Source of the DNA: Camelus ferus
Taxonomy: Eukaryota
Assembly: GCF_009834535.1 (NCBI RefSeq)
Contig: NC_045697.1
Location: 64,110,001 to 64,174,000, forward strand
DNA: 64,000 nucleotides
Direction of reading: 5' to 3'
The notes under the pieces were generated by a model that saw nothing but the letters and a program-made list of their open reading frames with translations, made no database searches and was not told the DNA's origin. Of this stretch, positions 1-13,825 are shown piece after piece; positions within the stretch are counted from its first letter, which is position 1, and each line of letters begins with the position of its first letter. The position numbers were made by a program, and so were the translations under genes.

Positions 1-675
1 ACAAACTAAACATACTCTTACCAAATGATCCATCAATTGAATTCCTTAATATTTAAACAAACAAGTTGAAAACTTATAACCTGCCAATGGATGTTTATAA
101 TAGCTTTATTCAATATGGCCAAAACTTGCAAGTAAACAAGATGTCTTTCAATAGGTGAATGGGTAAAGAAAATATGGTCTATTCATACAATGGAATATTG
201 TTCAGTGATAAAAAGAAATGAGGTAACAAGTCACAAAAACACATGGATAAATATGTATTGCTAAATAAATGAAGCCACTCTGATAAGGCTACATCCTGTT
301 TGATTCCAAATATATGACAAAGCTACATTATGGAGATAGCAAAAAAAATCAGCGGTTCGTGGGGAGGGTAGAAGGGATGAATAGGTAGAGTACAGAGGAT
401 ATTTAGGTCACTGAAACTATTGTGTGTGATACTGTAATGGTGGATATGTATCAGTAAGCATTTGTCAAATCCACAGAATGCCCAAGAGTGAACCCCAATG
501 TAAGCCATAAGAATATATAAATATTCATTCCTCTATTGTAACAAATACGCTACACAAATGCAAGATGTTAGTAACTGAGGAAATTGTGAGAAGATGAAGA
601 GCATAAGGGAACTTTAGTTTTTGCTCAATTTTTCTGTAAATCTGAAACTGCTTTAAAAATAGACTATCAATTTTT
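1..675 (+). mobile_element. Ancient LINE-1 3' end (L1MC-like), ORF2 C-terminal remnant plus 3' UTR
   Basis: L1 ORF2 3' motifs (ccaaatgatcca, atgtttataatagctttattc, caatggaatattgttcagtgataaaaagaaatga) ending in the L1MC-type tail tttttctgtaaatctgaaactgctttaaaaat. Confidence 0.85.
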
Positions 676-1699
676 AAGAAAGATGGCAGTCAAGCAAAAA
701 CTTCAGTTTAAGGAAAAGTCCTCAATCTGTATGCATTTCCCATATACTAAGGTCAATTCTTTTTTCAGATAAAGAAAATTTCTTTTCTCAATCAAAATAT
801 GTTTTAATAAAGCTGAGCCATGTTATCCAACTATATAAGTAGATAAAATATTCATGTCTTACATTGAAATAACATGAGATTTTGGAAACGGAAATGTATT
901 TACTTATAATTTATTGATGTATGTCTTTTATAGTCTTGAATAATCAATTGGAAAAATATAATACTTTAACAATCAGCTCATAACTAATTGTCAATAAATA
1001 TTTTTATTGATAAATAAAATTTATTTCTTTAAAAAAGCAATAGTTGTTACAATTTTTATAGGAAGGTTTCTGAGAGGAGAAAAACATTTTTAGATCTCTT
1101 ATATAACATAATTTGTATTTTTACTATTTTTCTTATAATATTGGATAACTCATATTCTAAGTGAATTTACTTTTAAATTGCAATCAATAAAAAGTGAATT
1201 TTAGAATTTAGAATGCACAGAGGCATTCTGAAATTTATTTATGATATAAATTGATAGTACACATAACCTGGTGGATAATATATGGTTAGGCACATATTCA
1301 GCTGAGATATGTGTATGCATATACAGAAAATAGATGCGCAAGATATGGTGTACTAATGCACAGAAACACAGCTAATACAGTTCTTCAGTTCTAAGACACA
1401 CTATTTTTTCTCTAAAATTTCAATGTATCTTAAAATTAAAAGCAAGTTATATTAGGTAAATATCAATTATCACATTGTTAAGATTGTATGCATTGAATAT
1501 TTTGAGCTTGAGCTCATTTTCATTGGGACACTTTTGGTAATGGGAGTTTCCAGTTCTATTTTAAAAGATGCAAGATCAATACCCAGTTAGGAAAGAATGT
1601 TTTATTTCAGTTGTGAACTTCAGTGGGGATACTGGAAGAGAGAATGGAGACAGAGGGTATACAAGGACATGAAGAGTGTTTCTCCAGTTTTCAGTTTAT

Positions 1700-2050
1700 C
1701 ATCTAGATGCTTTGTTCTTCCATGCATAGTTGCTGTATCTAAAGTGCTATGCCAGGTCTTGGATTAATTGTTAAAGGAAAATGGAACCTGGATTCATGTT
1801 TTAAAGGAGCTTGGAGTCTACTGATAATGACAGATCGTAGGACATGTTATGTAACATTTGACAACTTCAACAGAATCTTAAGTCTTTTCATTTTATATAC
1901 AGATGAGTGCTAAAGTTTGTATTTATTTGATTGTAACTTCGTGGTATTAATCTGCGACATGTATTAGAGGAAAGGGAATATTAAACAAAAATTTAAAGAT
2001 CAAAGAGATTGAATTTTGACATTGAAGAGAGCCTAAGTTGTTCCAGGTTG
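1700..2050 (-). mobile_element. Degenerate L2 fragment
   Basis: gtgctatgccagg...aaggagcttggagtcta resembles the antisense L2 3' end; highly diverged. Confidence 0.4.
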
Positions 2051-2404
2051 AACAAATGGCTTATATGCTTGAACATATAAATTGAACATGTAAGTTAAAG
2101 AGATTCTTTTAAAAAATATTTTTTAAAAATCTAGTCCTCAACAGTGAAACACTTGATTAACCTGTGTACTGAATACCGATGAAATGGAGCACATGTCCGT
2201 ATAAGTCATAGGTTAAATATTTAATAGTAATAGCTCCTCTAATTAGGAAACCAGCAGTTCTCCCAGTGCTTCCATAGCACCCAAACTGGCTTAATTATTC
2301 ACAATGAAATACCTTAAAAATTAGCAGTGTCATGCTTATGTCTTTTTTCTCTAGTACCAGTCTTTCAAACTTTGTCACAAACTCTTAAACCTGGTTGAAG
2401 AGTT

Positions 2405-2545
2405 AACCAAATTACCTGGTTCAAATTCTGACTCTGTTACCTATTAGCTTAGACAGAAACATAACCCTCTCTCTCTGTTCACTTTCTTTAAAATAGAGAT
2501 ACTAATAGTTTTAAATGAGAAAATATTTGAAAGGTGTTTGGGCCA
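2405..2545 (+). mobile_element. MIR SINE fragment
   Basis: cctggttcaaattctgactctgttacctattagct MIR core-like motif. Confidence 0.6.
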
Positions 2546-4581
2546 GGCTATCTTGACAGAAACAAATGAAATTTTAAAATAAATCCAAAAAATAAACACT
2601 ATGGAGAACGGAGAACAGTACTACAATGGTATTTAAATTAAATTAAATTAAATAGTAACATTTCAATACTGATATATTTTTAAATTAAAACTTTAAAATA
2701 ATCATGTACATAAACTCCTGGAAAAATAATGAGGGGAGTTATAAGAATTTAAATTAGTCAGGAAAGTACTGAGTAGTGATCAGGTTTAAAATTCAGAACT
2801 GCATTTTTCTTTTGATTTGTGAGGTCTGCGAGGGCCTGATCCCATTAACTGAGATGGGGTGTGGGAGGGGTACTGGAAGAGTCAAAGAAATGAAGTGCTG
2901 AAGGTCTTTACAGTTTGTGCTCTCTAGGATCAGTAGCATATGCAGGTGAAATTACATTATAGTTTAGGTTTTCCTTTGATAATGTAAACTATAAGGCTAA
3001 GATATCTAGGTCTTCTAGGTCATGCAAGGTCCTTACCTCCATGTGCTCACTCTACATTAAATAAAGAAAATAACATCTGAGAGCTTTCAAATGCCAATTA
3101 GATACAAAATGATCTATGCACATGTTTGAAACTCCATGTGTTTTAACAAACAAACCAACTCTACAGATATGCATTTGATTATACCTTAGGGGAGCAAAAT
3201 AAGCATGTATCTATTTCCAAATAGTGGAACTTGCCAGTTATTTTCCTATTTCAGAGAAAGATATGGACGGTTTTTCCTTGAGCTAATTAAGAAAGATAGA
3301 CAGGCTTTGCTCAGACTTTGAAATAATCAATTTTCCTTTGAATTAAGTTACTGGGAGAAAAAATAGTTTTAATAAAATCAGTGAGACTCTTAATTATTAG
3401 GGATCCTCTGCAGGTACATTTCCATTCTCAGGGTAGGATTCCTCTAGAGCACAGAGACCAGATATATCTTTACAGAACAAAATCCCGTAGATTAGTTCAG
3501 TTTCCTCTCCTAATGCCTACTCAAGTGGGCTGCCTAGGACTTGGGAGCAAGCAGGGTCCTATTTGGATTTGCTTGGCATTCATGTGCATTATGTGAAGTA
3601 GTCATCTATTTTACAGCTGCATAAAACAGTACATGGATTTCATGGTGCAGAAAAGCAGTAGTTTAATCCTCATTTTCCATCATGTAAATTTTTACCGAAT
3701 AGATTTGCATGAAGAGTCACCCTCCGTTCAAAACACAAATGAAAAATGCCATCATTATACACTTCCCTCTTTCTAAGCCTTTCTTTGCCAGAAGTAAACA
3801 CTTAAAGAAGAAAAGACAGAACATTCTTCAGGGTAAAACTGCCAGGCAGCACTGCAGCTAATTTTACATGCTTTAAGAGTAAGTTGTATAGCAGAAATCG
3901 AGGAAGCAGGTATAGTTTGAAAACAGATGCTTTGTATTCATGAGAAAATAAAGAGAAAAATATTGCTCTTCCCGAGAAACTAAGAATTATGTATAAAATG
4001 GTTAGAGCATCTTCAACTGATAAAGTTTATACCTTCAAATCAAAGTAAAACTTTGAGAATCAGAAAATACTTTCCTCATAAGCAATAAATAGAAATAATC
4101 TACATTATACCAAAAATATAAAAGAAAAACCGATTGTCATCTGTATTTACTGAAATACTTCCTACTTTTATTATCAACTCTATTTTAAATTAATTTATCT
4201 TCATCATTAGTCATTACTATTAGTGAAGACTGAATCTGATTTTGAGAAATATGTTCATATTTCACACTTTTATTTCCTAGAGGATGAAATTATAGCATAC
4301 CTATAATCAACAAAAGACTTGTTTTTTAATCTGACTTGTCCAAAAATGTTTGGAATATATTTCATAGATCTATCACACATAAAAGTTTGAATTTTATATA
4401 CCAATATAGCATGTGATTGGTGCCAAATGATCCAACAAAAAATATAGGACATGGAAGGTTGTCCTTTGAGAACATTCTGATGTTTTCAAAGACAACCTCG
4501 TAAAGATCTTGTATTAAACCTTTATGAATAGACATGGAGAAAATAAGAAAGGGACATTTAAAAAAGAAAGCATGCTAAGAC

Positions 4582-4802
4582 TTAAGTTTCTCAACCTTAG
4601 CACTATTAACATTTGGGGCTGGATAATTATTTATTGTGGGTGGCTGTCCTGTGTGTTATAAAATGATCACCTGCATTTCTGTACTCTACCTCCTAGATGC
4701 TCATAGCACATTCCATTCCTTATAGTGACAACCAAAACTGTCTCCAGATGTTGCTAAATGTCTCTGAGGGAGAAAAGAATCATCCCTTGTTGAGAACCTC
4801 TG
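4582..4802 (-). mobile_element. MER20 (hAT-Charlie) non-autonomous DNA transposon
   Basis: Ends tttctcaacc / gttgagaacctctg with internal gtgacaaccaaaactgtctccagatgttgctaaatgtc matching the recalled MER20 consensus. Confidence 0.85.
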
Positions 4803-4829
4803 AATAATAGGGATACAGAGTAACATAAT

Positions 4830-5160
4830 GTGATAAAGGATAAGGAAACCAATGTTCATGCACCAAGGTTAGGATAAAGTTATGGAGGGCTTAGAATATA
4901 AGGCTAAGGAGTTTGCAAATCTTACAAACAATGGGAAACCCTGAAAGTTTCCAAGTAATGAGCTAACATAATATACATTGTGCTTCAAGAATATAAAATT
5001 TGTGCCTGTGTGCATAATGGCATATTGCAGGGATAACAAAACACAAAGATATCAGTGAGCTGGTTGGACAGTTATCCCAACATGGAATAAAAAGAACAGG
5101 AACCAAGATAATAGCAATGAAAAAAAAAAGTTGGGTGTTGAGAAATATTGTTAATAAACA
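4830..5160 (-). mobile_element. L2 fragment
   Basis: tatggagggcttagaatataaggctaaggagtttg is typical antisense L2 sequence. Confidence 0.55.
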
Positions 5161-5624
5161 CTGTAAGGAACAAATGATATAGCCTATGTACTACCCAGCT
5201 TGCAGAAGTAGAGGATCCTCATCCCTTAAAATCAAAATGGTATATTATAGAAAAGTCTGGATTCTATTCTAGATATGTGCTTGCACTACCTAGGCCATGC
5301 GAAACTTGCATGATGCCTAGATCACTTTTTCTTCCAAGGATTCTACCTCTTATGTAAGAGCTTATGAGATTTATTAAACCATTTTCTAAAGACTTTTCCA
5401 GCTTCAATCTCTTATGAAACACGGTAGCTCCAGATTTGGGGTTTAATGTATTAACTACAATCCTTTAATTTCAAAAATCAGGGTAAATTATCACTTTCTG
5501 AGGAAAAAAATTTTTTTCATTTCCCTGAAGGCTTGAAGTCAAATGGAGAGAACTCATAACTTGACTGGAATTCAGCTAAGTGAGCAGAATTAGGCATGTG
5601 GGCAGTAACATAGTGCAACATTTC

Positions 5625-6015
5625 CATATTAGTCTCGTCAGCTTACTGTAACAAAATACCACAGGCTGGTTGACTTGGTAGCAGAAATTTATTTTCTTAA
5701 AGTTCTGGAGGCTAGAAGTCCATGATCAAGGTTCAGACCTATTTAGTTTCTGGAGGAGACTCTTCTCCTGGCTTGCAGAGGGCTATGTTCTCCCTATTTC
5801 TCACATGGCCTTTATTTAGTGCATGTGCAGAGAGGGAGTAAGCTCTCAGGTGTTTCGCTTATAAGAACACTAATCCTATTGGATTAAGACCTCACCCATA
5901 TGACCTCATTTAACCTTAATTACTTCGTCAGAGGCCTAATCTTGAAATAAAACCACACTGGTATTTAGGGCTTCAACATGAATTTTGAGGGGACACAAAC
6001 ATTAAGTCAATAAGA
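5625..6015 (-). mobile_element. MaLR solo LTR (MLT1A-like)
   Basis: taacaaaataccacaggctgg, agttctggaggctagaagtcc, gacctcatttaaccttaattac, ggggacacaaacatt; near-perfect 5-bp TSD atttc (5620-5624) / gtttc (6016-6020). Confidence 0.9.
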
Positions 6016-6109
6016 GTTTCTATGATTAGATCAAGGGCTTAAAATCTTCCATGTTATCACATAACAAGAAAATCAAGAACTCTAGAGAAAATATAAAGAG
6101 TATAAAAGC

Positions 6110-6418
6110 ATAAACTTAACACCACGTAAAAAATGATTCAAAATGGGTCAAAGATCTAAATGTAAAATCTAAAACTACAAAACATTAAGACGAGAATGTA
6201 ATCATAACCTTTCACCACATTAGAATAGGCAACTGTTTTTTTTCTTTTATGTCATACCAAAAGGTCTAGCAACCAAAGAAAAAACACATGAATTAGACGC
6301 CATCAAAATTTAAAACTTTTGTGTTTCAAGAAATAGTATAAGAAATTGAAAAGACAACCCACAGTATGGGACAATAGGTAAAGAGCTCTTAAAACTCCAA
6401 TATAAAAAGTCAGCTAAT
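6110..6418 (+). mobile_element. Old L1 (L1MB-like) ORF2 3' portion, left part of an element split by a younger L1
   Basis: aaagatctaaatgtaaaa, catcaaaatttaaaacttttgtg, gaaaagacaacccacag; continues colinearly at 13031. Confidence 0.85.
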
Positions 6419-7575
6419 CTAAAGAAGATTTGGATGGCATTTAGGAGGACACTGTGCTCAACTCCCCCCATGAATACATCAAAAATACACCTACATATGG
6501 AGCAATTCTCACTGAAAAGAACTGGAGACTGACAGAAAGACTCTTATAAAACCAAGGCTGTAAAGAAAAATCCACATGGAGTAAAGTAGGAAGGGAAGAG
6601 AAGCAATTAGGTCAGGACCTACTACACTAGGAGGGGACACAGCTTCAGAGATCCTCTCAGGGGATTGAGTGGCTCAAACCATATTAGGCACCCCAGCCCT
6701 GGGAAGTTGAGTTCCCTTACCTGGTTTGAATTGTGGTATTAAAAGGAGGGCCATAAGAAACCTAGACTCTCCTCATGAAGAGCATGCATAGACTTGTTTA
6801 TTCCTAGGAACAAGTTTGGGGAAGCAGACTGAAACTGCCAGGGACTCAGGCTGTTTCCAGTGACCTCCTTACCATGTGCCCCAGGCCACACTGAGCACCC
6901 ACTCTGGTCCCTCTTGCACTAGTGCAGCTCAGCACTAGAGTGAAGGCTGCCAACACCAAGGATAGTGTGTAGATATGGGGGATAGAGCTGGTTCAGACCT
7001 GCCATTCTATCTGAACAGGAGCAAGGGCAGTCATTACTAGCACTCACAGAGGTGTTAAATCAGGAGCATTTTGGAACTCTGAATGACCAGGGATGTCATT
7101 CCCTGTGCCAGGACCATCCCATCACACACCCTGGCCCAGAGTGGGCAGATGCTCTGGGCCCTACTGCTCTAACACTGCTCCCCTATATGGTGAAGGTGCT
7201 GATACTGGGAGCCAGGAGACCACACACTGAGAGGAAATGGACCCAGCTTGGACCTGAACCTCAGGGCTTCTGCTCCAGTACCTCACCACCAACAGGGTGA
7301 TATGCTCAGCAACTGAGCACAGAAGCCCAGGCTCACACCTGGCTCTGGCTCTAGCCACTCCATCTCCAGCCCCACCTCCCACTAAGATAGCTGTCAGCAC
7401 ATACTGGGGGAAGATGTGGGGGAAGCCCCACACACACTTCAGATCTAGCTCTCCCACCAAAGTCACTGGGCACGCATATCTGCATAAGGAAGCACCCACA
7501 CAAGGATACACCTTCACAGCAGGGGAAAGATAACTATTTCACCAATATTCATACAGACAGAGAAAGTTAAGCAAA

Positions 7576-8457
7576 ATGAGAAGACAGAAGAATTTGTTTC
7601 AAACATAAGAACAAGAAAAAACCCTGAAAAGGCCACTAATGAAAAAGAGATTAAAAAATTAACCAGATAAAGACATCAAAGCATTAGTAAGAATGCTACC
7701 TGGACTAGGGAAAAGAATAGACGAATACAGTGAGAATTTTAATAAGACACTAAAAAATATAAAAAAGAACCAGTCAGAGCTAAGGAATACAATAACCAAA
7801 GTAAAAAAACACACTAGAAGGAGTTAAGAGCAGATTAGGTGATCCAGAAGAATACGTAAAGTTATCTGAAAGATAAAATAATGGAAATTACCCAATCAGA
7901 ACAGCAGAAAGAAAAACAAATTTTAAAAATGAGAACAGTTTAAGGACCTCTGAGACAACATCAAACATACTAATATTCACATAATAGAGGTCCCAGAAAG
8001 GAGAGAGAAAAAAGTGTTGAAAAATGTATTTCATGAAGTTATAGCTGAAAACCTCCTGAATCTGTAGAAGGAAACAGATATCCAGGTACCAGAAACACAG
8101 AGTCCCAAACAAGATGAAAACAAAATGACCCAAATCAAGATATGTCATAGTTAAAATAGCAAAAACGGAAGATAAAAAGAAAATTCTAAAAGCATCAAGA
8201 CAAAAACAAAGAGTCACATACAAGGGAGTCCCATTAAAACTATCAGTTTATTTTTCTACAGAAACTTTACAGGCCAAAAGGAAGTGGCATGGCATATTTA
8301 AAATGCTGAAATGGAAAAACTTACATCCAAGGATACTCTATTCAGCAAGTTTATCATTCAGAATTGGAGAGAGTAAGAACTTCTCAGACAGGCAAAAATT
8401 CAAGAGTTCATCAATGCTAAGCCAACCCTACACATAGTGTTAAAAGGTCTTCTCTAA
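7576..8457 (+). pseudogene. LINE-1 ORF1p remnant (stops and frameshifts)
   Basis: Starts atgagaagacagaag; contains aatattcacataatagaggtcccagaa (NIHII.VPE) and the ORF1 C-terminal region ending ggtcttctctaa. Confidence 0.85.
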
Positions 8458-8932
8458 GAAGAGAAAAAGCTGTAATAAGAAGAGTTTATAGGAAAGGAAA
8501 AACATCCAATTCATAAAAGCAAATATGTAGTAAAGACTGTGGATCAAGCACTTAAACAAGCTAATAAAAAGATCAAAAGACAAAAATTGTAAAATCATCT
8601 ATAACTACAATAAATAGCTAAGGGATAGACATGAAGTTGTGAAAAATGACATCAAAAACACCAAACACCAAACATGGGGGAGAAGAATAAAAAATGCAGA
8701 TCTTTTAGAATGTGTTTCATCTTAAATGACTATCAGTTTAAAACAAGGAGATACAGTCATAGGTCAACCTATATGAACACTATGGTAACCATAAATCAAA
8801 AACCTAAAACAGATACACAAAAACTAAAGAGAAAGGAACACAAACATACTGCTAAAGAAAACTGTCAAAGCATAATGGAAGAAACTAAAACAAGAAAAGA
8901 ACTATAAAAATAACCAGAAAAGAAGTAACAAA

Positions 8933-11900
8933 ATGGCAATAAGTACATACCTATCAATAATCACTTTAAATGTCAATGAACTACATGTTCCAATCAAAAG
9001 ACATAATGTGGCTGATTGGATAAAAAAGAATACTCATCTATGGGTTGCTTACAAGAAACTCACTGAAGAGGTACATGCATATGCAGACTGAAAGTGAGAG
9101 GATGGAAAAAGATATTTCATGCAAATGGAAACAAGAAAGAGGGTAGCAATATTCATATCAGACATAATAGACGTTAAAACAAAGTCTATAACAAAAGAAA
9201 AATAAGGGTATTATTAAGAATAAAGGCATCAATACAAGAAGTGGATGTAACATTCACTAACATATAGGCACCTTATATATGAGCACCTAAATATATAAGG
9301 CAAATACTAACAAACATAAAGGGAGAAATTGACAATAGTACAGTAATTATAGGGGGTTTTAACACTCCATTTACATCAGTGGGAAGATCATCCTGACACA
9401 AAATCAATAAGGAGAGAGTGGTCTTAAATGACACATTAGACCAATTGAACTTAATAGATATCTACAGGACATTCCATTCAAAATTAGCAGAATACTCATT
9501 TTTTTCAAGTGCATATGGAATGTTTTCTGGGATAGATCACATGTTAGGCCACAAAAGTAGTTTCAATAAATTAAAGAGAATAGAAATTATATCAAGCATC
9601 TTTTCTGACCAGTATGAAACTGGAATTCAATTACAGGAAGAAAAATAGGAAAAACACAAACAGATTGAGATGAAACAGCATGCTACTAAAAAACAAAAAC
9701 AAAAACAAAAAAAATCAATGGGCTAATTTGAAGAAATCAAAGAAGAAATCAGAAAATTTCTCAAGACAAATGAAAATAAAAATTCAACCTTCCAAAATTT
9801 ATGCAACACAACAAAACATGTAAAATAGGGAAGTTCATAGTGATAGAGGGCCCCCCACCTCAAGAATCAAGAAACATCTTGAATAAACAACCTAACTAAG
9901 CTTTCTAATTTAAATAATTAGAAAAAGAACAAACAAAGCCCAAAGTCAGCAGAAAGATGTAAATAATAAAGATCAAAAAGGAATTATATAAAATAGAGAC
10001 CCCTCGAAATAAACAATAGAAAAGATCAATGAAACCAAGAGATGGCTTTTGAAAAGATAAACAAAATTGATAGGACTTAGCCAGGCTCATCAAGAAGAAA
10101 AGAGAGGACCCAAATAAATGAAATAAGAAATGGAAGAATAGAAATTACAACCAGTGTCCCAAAAAATCTTCAGAGAATACTACAAACAGTTATATGCCAG
10201 CAAAATGAATAGCCTAGAAGAAATGGATAAATTTCTAGAACCATACAATCTTCAAAGACTGAATCAGAAAGAAATAGATGATGTGAACAGATCAAACACT
10301 AATAGTGAAATTAAATTTGTAAAAAAAAAAAAAAGTTCCCATCAAACAAAAGTCCAGGGTTGGAAAACTTTACAGGGGAATTCTACCAAACATATAAAGA
10401 GCTAATATTTATCCTTCTCAAACTATGCCCCCCCAAAATGAAAAGGGTGAAACACTCCCTAATTCATTCTACAAGGCCTCCATTACCCTGATACCAAAGC
10501 CAGACAAAGACACTTCAAAAAAAAGAAAATTATAGGCCAATATTTATGATTAATATAGATGAAAAAATCCTCAATAAAATATTAGCAAACTGAATACAAT
10601 ATATAAAAATTAATAATTTTTATTAATTAATTAAATGGGATTTATTCCAGAGGTACAAGAATGGTTCATTATCCCCAAAACAATATGATAAAGGTAACAA
10701 AATAAGGAGAAAACATCACATAACCATCTCAATTAACACAAGAAAAAGCATTTGAGAAAATTCAGCATTCATCCATGATAACAGCTCTAATCAAAGTTGG
10801 TATAGAGGGAACATATTTCAACATAGTAAAGGCCATTTATGACAAACTTACAGCTAACATTATATTCAACAATAAAAACATGAAAGATTTTCCCCTAAAG
10901 TCAGGAACAAGACAAGGATGCCAACTCTTGCCGCTTCTATTTATCATAATATTGGAAGTCATAGACACAGAAATCAGACAAGAAAAAGAAAGACATTCAA
11001 ATTGGAAAGGAAGAAGTAAAATTGTCACTATTTGCAGATAACATGATACTATATACACAAACCCTAAAGTCTACCAAAAAACTATTAGAATTAAAAAATC
11101 TATTTTGTAAATTTGCATGATACAAGATTAACATACACAAATTGGTTGGTTTTCTATACACTAATAATGAACTACTAGAAAGAGAAAGTAAAAACACAAT
11201 TCCATTTAAAATCATATCAAAGAGAGTAAAATAACTAGGAATAAACTTAACCAAGGATGTGAAAGACCTATACTATGAAAACTATAAAATGCTGATGAAG
11301 GAAACTGAAGATGATATAAAAAATGGAAAGAAAACCTATGTTCATGGACTAGAATAATTAATATTGTTAACATGTGCATACTATCCAAAACAATTTTTAG
11401 ATTTAATGCAATTCCTATCAAAATACCTATTACATTTTCCATGAAACTAGAATGAATAATCCTAAAACTCATATGGAACCACAAAAATCCCAAATTGTGA
11501 AAGCAATCCTGAGAAAAAAGAACACTGCTGAAGCTATGACTCGCCTACTCTTCAGACTATACTATAAAGCTACAATAATCAAAACAGCATTGTGTTGGAA
11601 CAAAAATAGATACATAGATCAAAAGAACAAAGAGCCTCCCTCCCGAAAAAATCTATGCATTTATGGTCAATTAATCTATGAATAAGGGAGGCAGGAATAT
11701 ACAATGGTGAAAAGACTGTCTCTTCAATAATTGATGCTGGGAAATCTAGACAGCTATACATAAATGTATGAGATTAGACCATTTTCTCATAACATATGCA
11801 AAAATAAAATTAAAATGGGTTAAAGCTCTAACTTTAAGACCTGAAATCATAAAAGTAGAACAGAACACTCTTTGACATAAATCACAGCAATATTTTTTTG

Positions 11901-12755
11901 CATCTGTCTCCCAAGACCAAAAAAAACAAAAATGAATGGTATCTAATTAAACTTAAAAGCTCTTGCACAGCAAAGGAAACCACTGACAAAATGAAAAGAC
12001 AACCTCCTGAATGGGGAAAATATTTACAAATGATATGACCAATAAGGAATTAATATCCAAAATGTATAAACAACTTACACAACTCAGTATCAAAAACAAC
12101 CTGATTAAAAAAATGGGCAGAAGACCTAAATAGACATTTTTCCAAAGAAGACATACAAATGGCCAATAGGCACATGAAAAAATGCTTATCACTAATCATC
12201 AGAAAAATTCAAATAAAAAAACCACAGTGAGGTATCACTTCACACCTGTCAGAAATGGCCATCATCAAAAATTTCCAAAGACAAATGTTGGTGAGGAGGA
12301 TGTAGAAAAAAGGGAACCCATCTACACTGTTGGTGGGAACGTAAATTGGTGCAGTCACTATGTAAAACAGTAGAGAGGATCCTAAAAAATCTTAAAATAG
12401 AAATACCATATGATCCAGCAATTCCACTCCTGGGTATATATCTGAAGAAAATGGAAAAACCAATTTGAAAAGATACATGCATTCCAATGTTCATAGCAGC
12501 ATAACTTTCAATAGTCAAGATACCGAAGCAACCTAAGTGTCCATTAACAGATGAATGGATAAAGAATAAATGGTATACACACACACACACACACATATAT
12601 ATAAGTATAAATATACAAACATATACAAATACTATCCATAAAAAGAATGAAATTCTGACACTTGCAACGAAATGATGGACATGGAGGGTATTATGCTTAG
12701 TGAAGTAAGTCAGATAAAGGCAAATACTATATGATATCACTGATATGTGGAATGT
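8933..12755 (+). pseudogene. LINE-1 ORF2p remnant (APE endonuclease, reverse transcriptase, Cys-rich domain), heavily disrupted
   Basis: ORF-track pieces LNLIDIYRTFH...IDHMLGHK, YYKQLYASKM, FPLKSGTRQGC; catalytic FADD motif reads FADN at 11031. Confidence 0.95.
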
Positions 12756-13030
12756 CAAAAAATGAAACAAATATAGACTGACAGATATAGAGAACAAATT
12801 ACTGGTTACCAGAGGGTAGAGGGACGGGAGGATGGACAAGATAGGTGTGGGAAACTGAGAGGTACAAACTATTATGGATAAAATGAACTGCAAGGATATG
12901 CTATACAGCACAGGGTATATTGCCAATATTTTATAATAGCTTTAAATGAAATATAGGCTACAAAAATATTGAATCATTCTATTGTACACCTGAAACTAAT
13001 ACTATAAATAAATCCTACTTCAATAAAAAA

Positions 13031-13825
13031 AAAAAGACAACCCAATTTTTTTTAATGGGCAAATGTTTTGAACAGATTTTTCTCTAAGGAAGGAATACCA
13101 ATGGTCAATAAGGATATGAACATATGCTCATCATCATCATTAGTCATTGCTGAAATGCAAATCTAAACCCAATGAGATATTACTTTAAACTCACTAGGAT
13201 GGCTATAATCAAAAAGACAGACAGTAACAAGTGTTGATGAGGATGTGGAGAAACAGAAAGCCTCAGTTTGGCTGTTCCTTAAACAATTCAACATAGAGTT
13301 ACCCAATGGCTTAGCATTTTTACTCTTACATATATACTCAAGATAATTAAAAACATATGTCCAAAAGAACTTGTACATTAATGTTCATAGCAGTATTATT
13401 CAAGCCTCCATAATAATAGATCCTTATGTCCATCAACTGACAAATGGATAAACAAATGCGGTATATCTATACAACAGAGTGTTATTCATCCATAAAAAGG
13501 AACGAAGTAGTGACACATGCTGTATCACAGATAATCCTTGAAAATATTATGCTAACTGAAAGAAGCCAAATACAAAAGAGCACATATTGTAGGATTTAGT
13601 TTATATGAAATGTCCAGAATACACAAATCCATAGTGACAGGGTATAGATTAGTGGCTGCCAGGTACTGGGGATTTGTACAAATGGGGAGTGACTGCTAAT
13701 GCATAGACTGTTATGAAAATGTTCTGGAATTAGTGATCATACAATTTTGTTAATATACTTAAAACATTGAATCATATACTTTAGAACAATTAATTTTATG
13801 ATATATGTATTATATATCAATAAAG
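13031..13825 (+). mobile_element. Old L1MB-like 3' end, right part of the split element
   Basis: aatgggcaaa...actaggatggctataatcaaaaagacagac...gagtgactgctaatg...tatatcaataaag. Confidence 0.88.

Larger units (their letters stand above)
6419..13030 (+). mobile_element. Full-length (about 6.6 kb) inactivated LINE-1
   Basis: GC-richer 5' UTR 6419-7575, ORF1 and ORF2 remnants, 3' UTR, aataaa plus A tail near 13022-13035; degenerate candidate TSD aaaaagtcagctaat (6404-6418) / aaaaagacaacccaat (13031-13046). Confidence 0.95.

Noticed and set aside
7052..7533. Overlapping ORFs in the L1 5' UTR as a possible ORF0-like gene
   Set aside because: GC-richer UTR yields chance ORFs on both strands; no recognisable similarity and no counterpart in the second L1.
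12249..12926. Longest ORF in the track (225 aa, minus strand, hydrophobic)
   Set aside because: It is the antisense frame of the L1 ORF2 end and 3' UTR and includes a microsatellite; such frames are stop-poor by composition.
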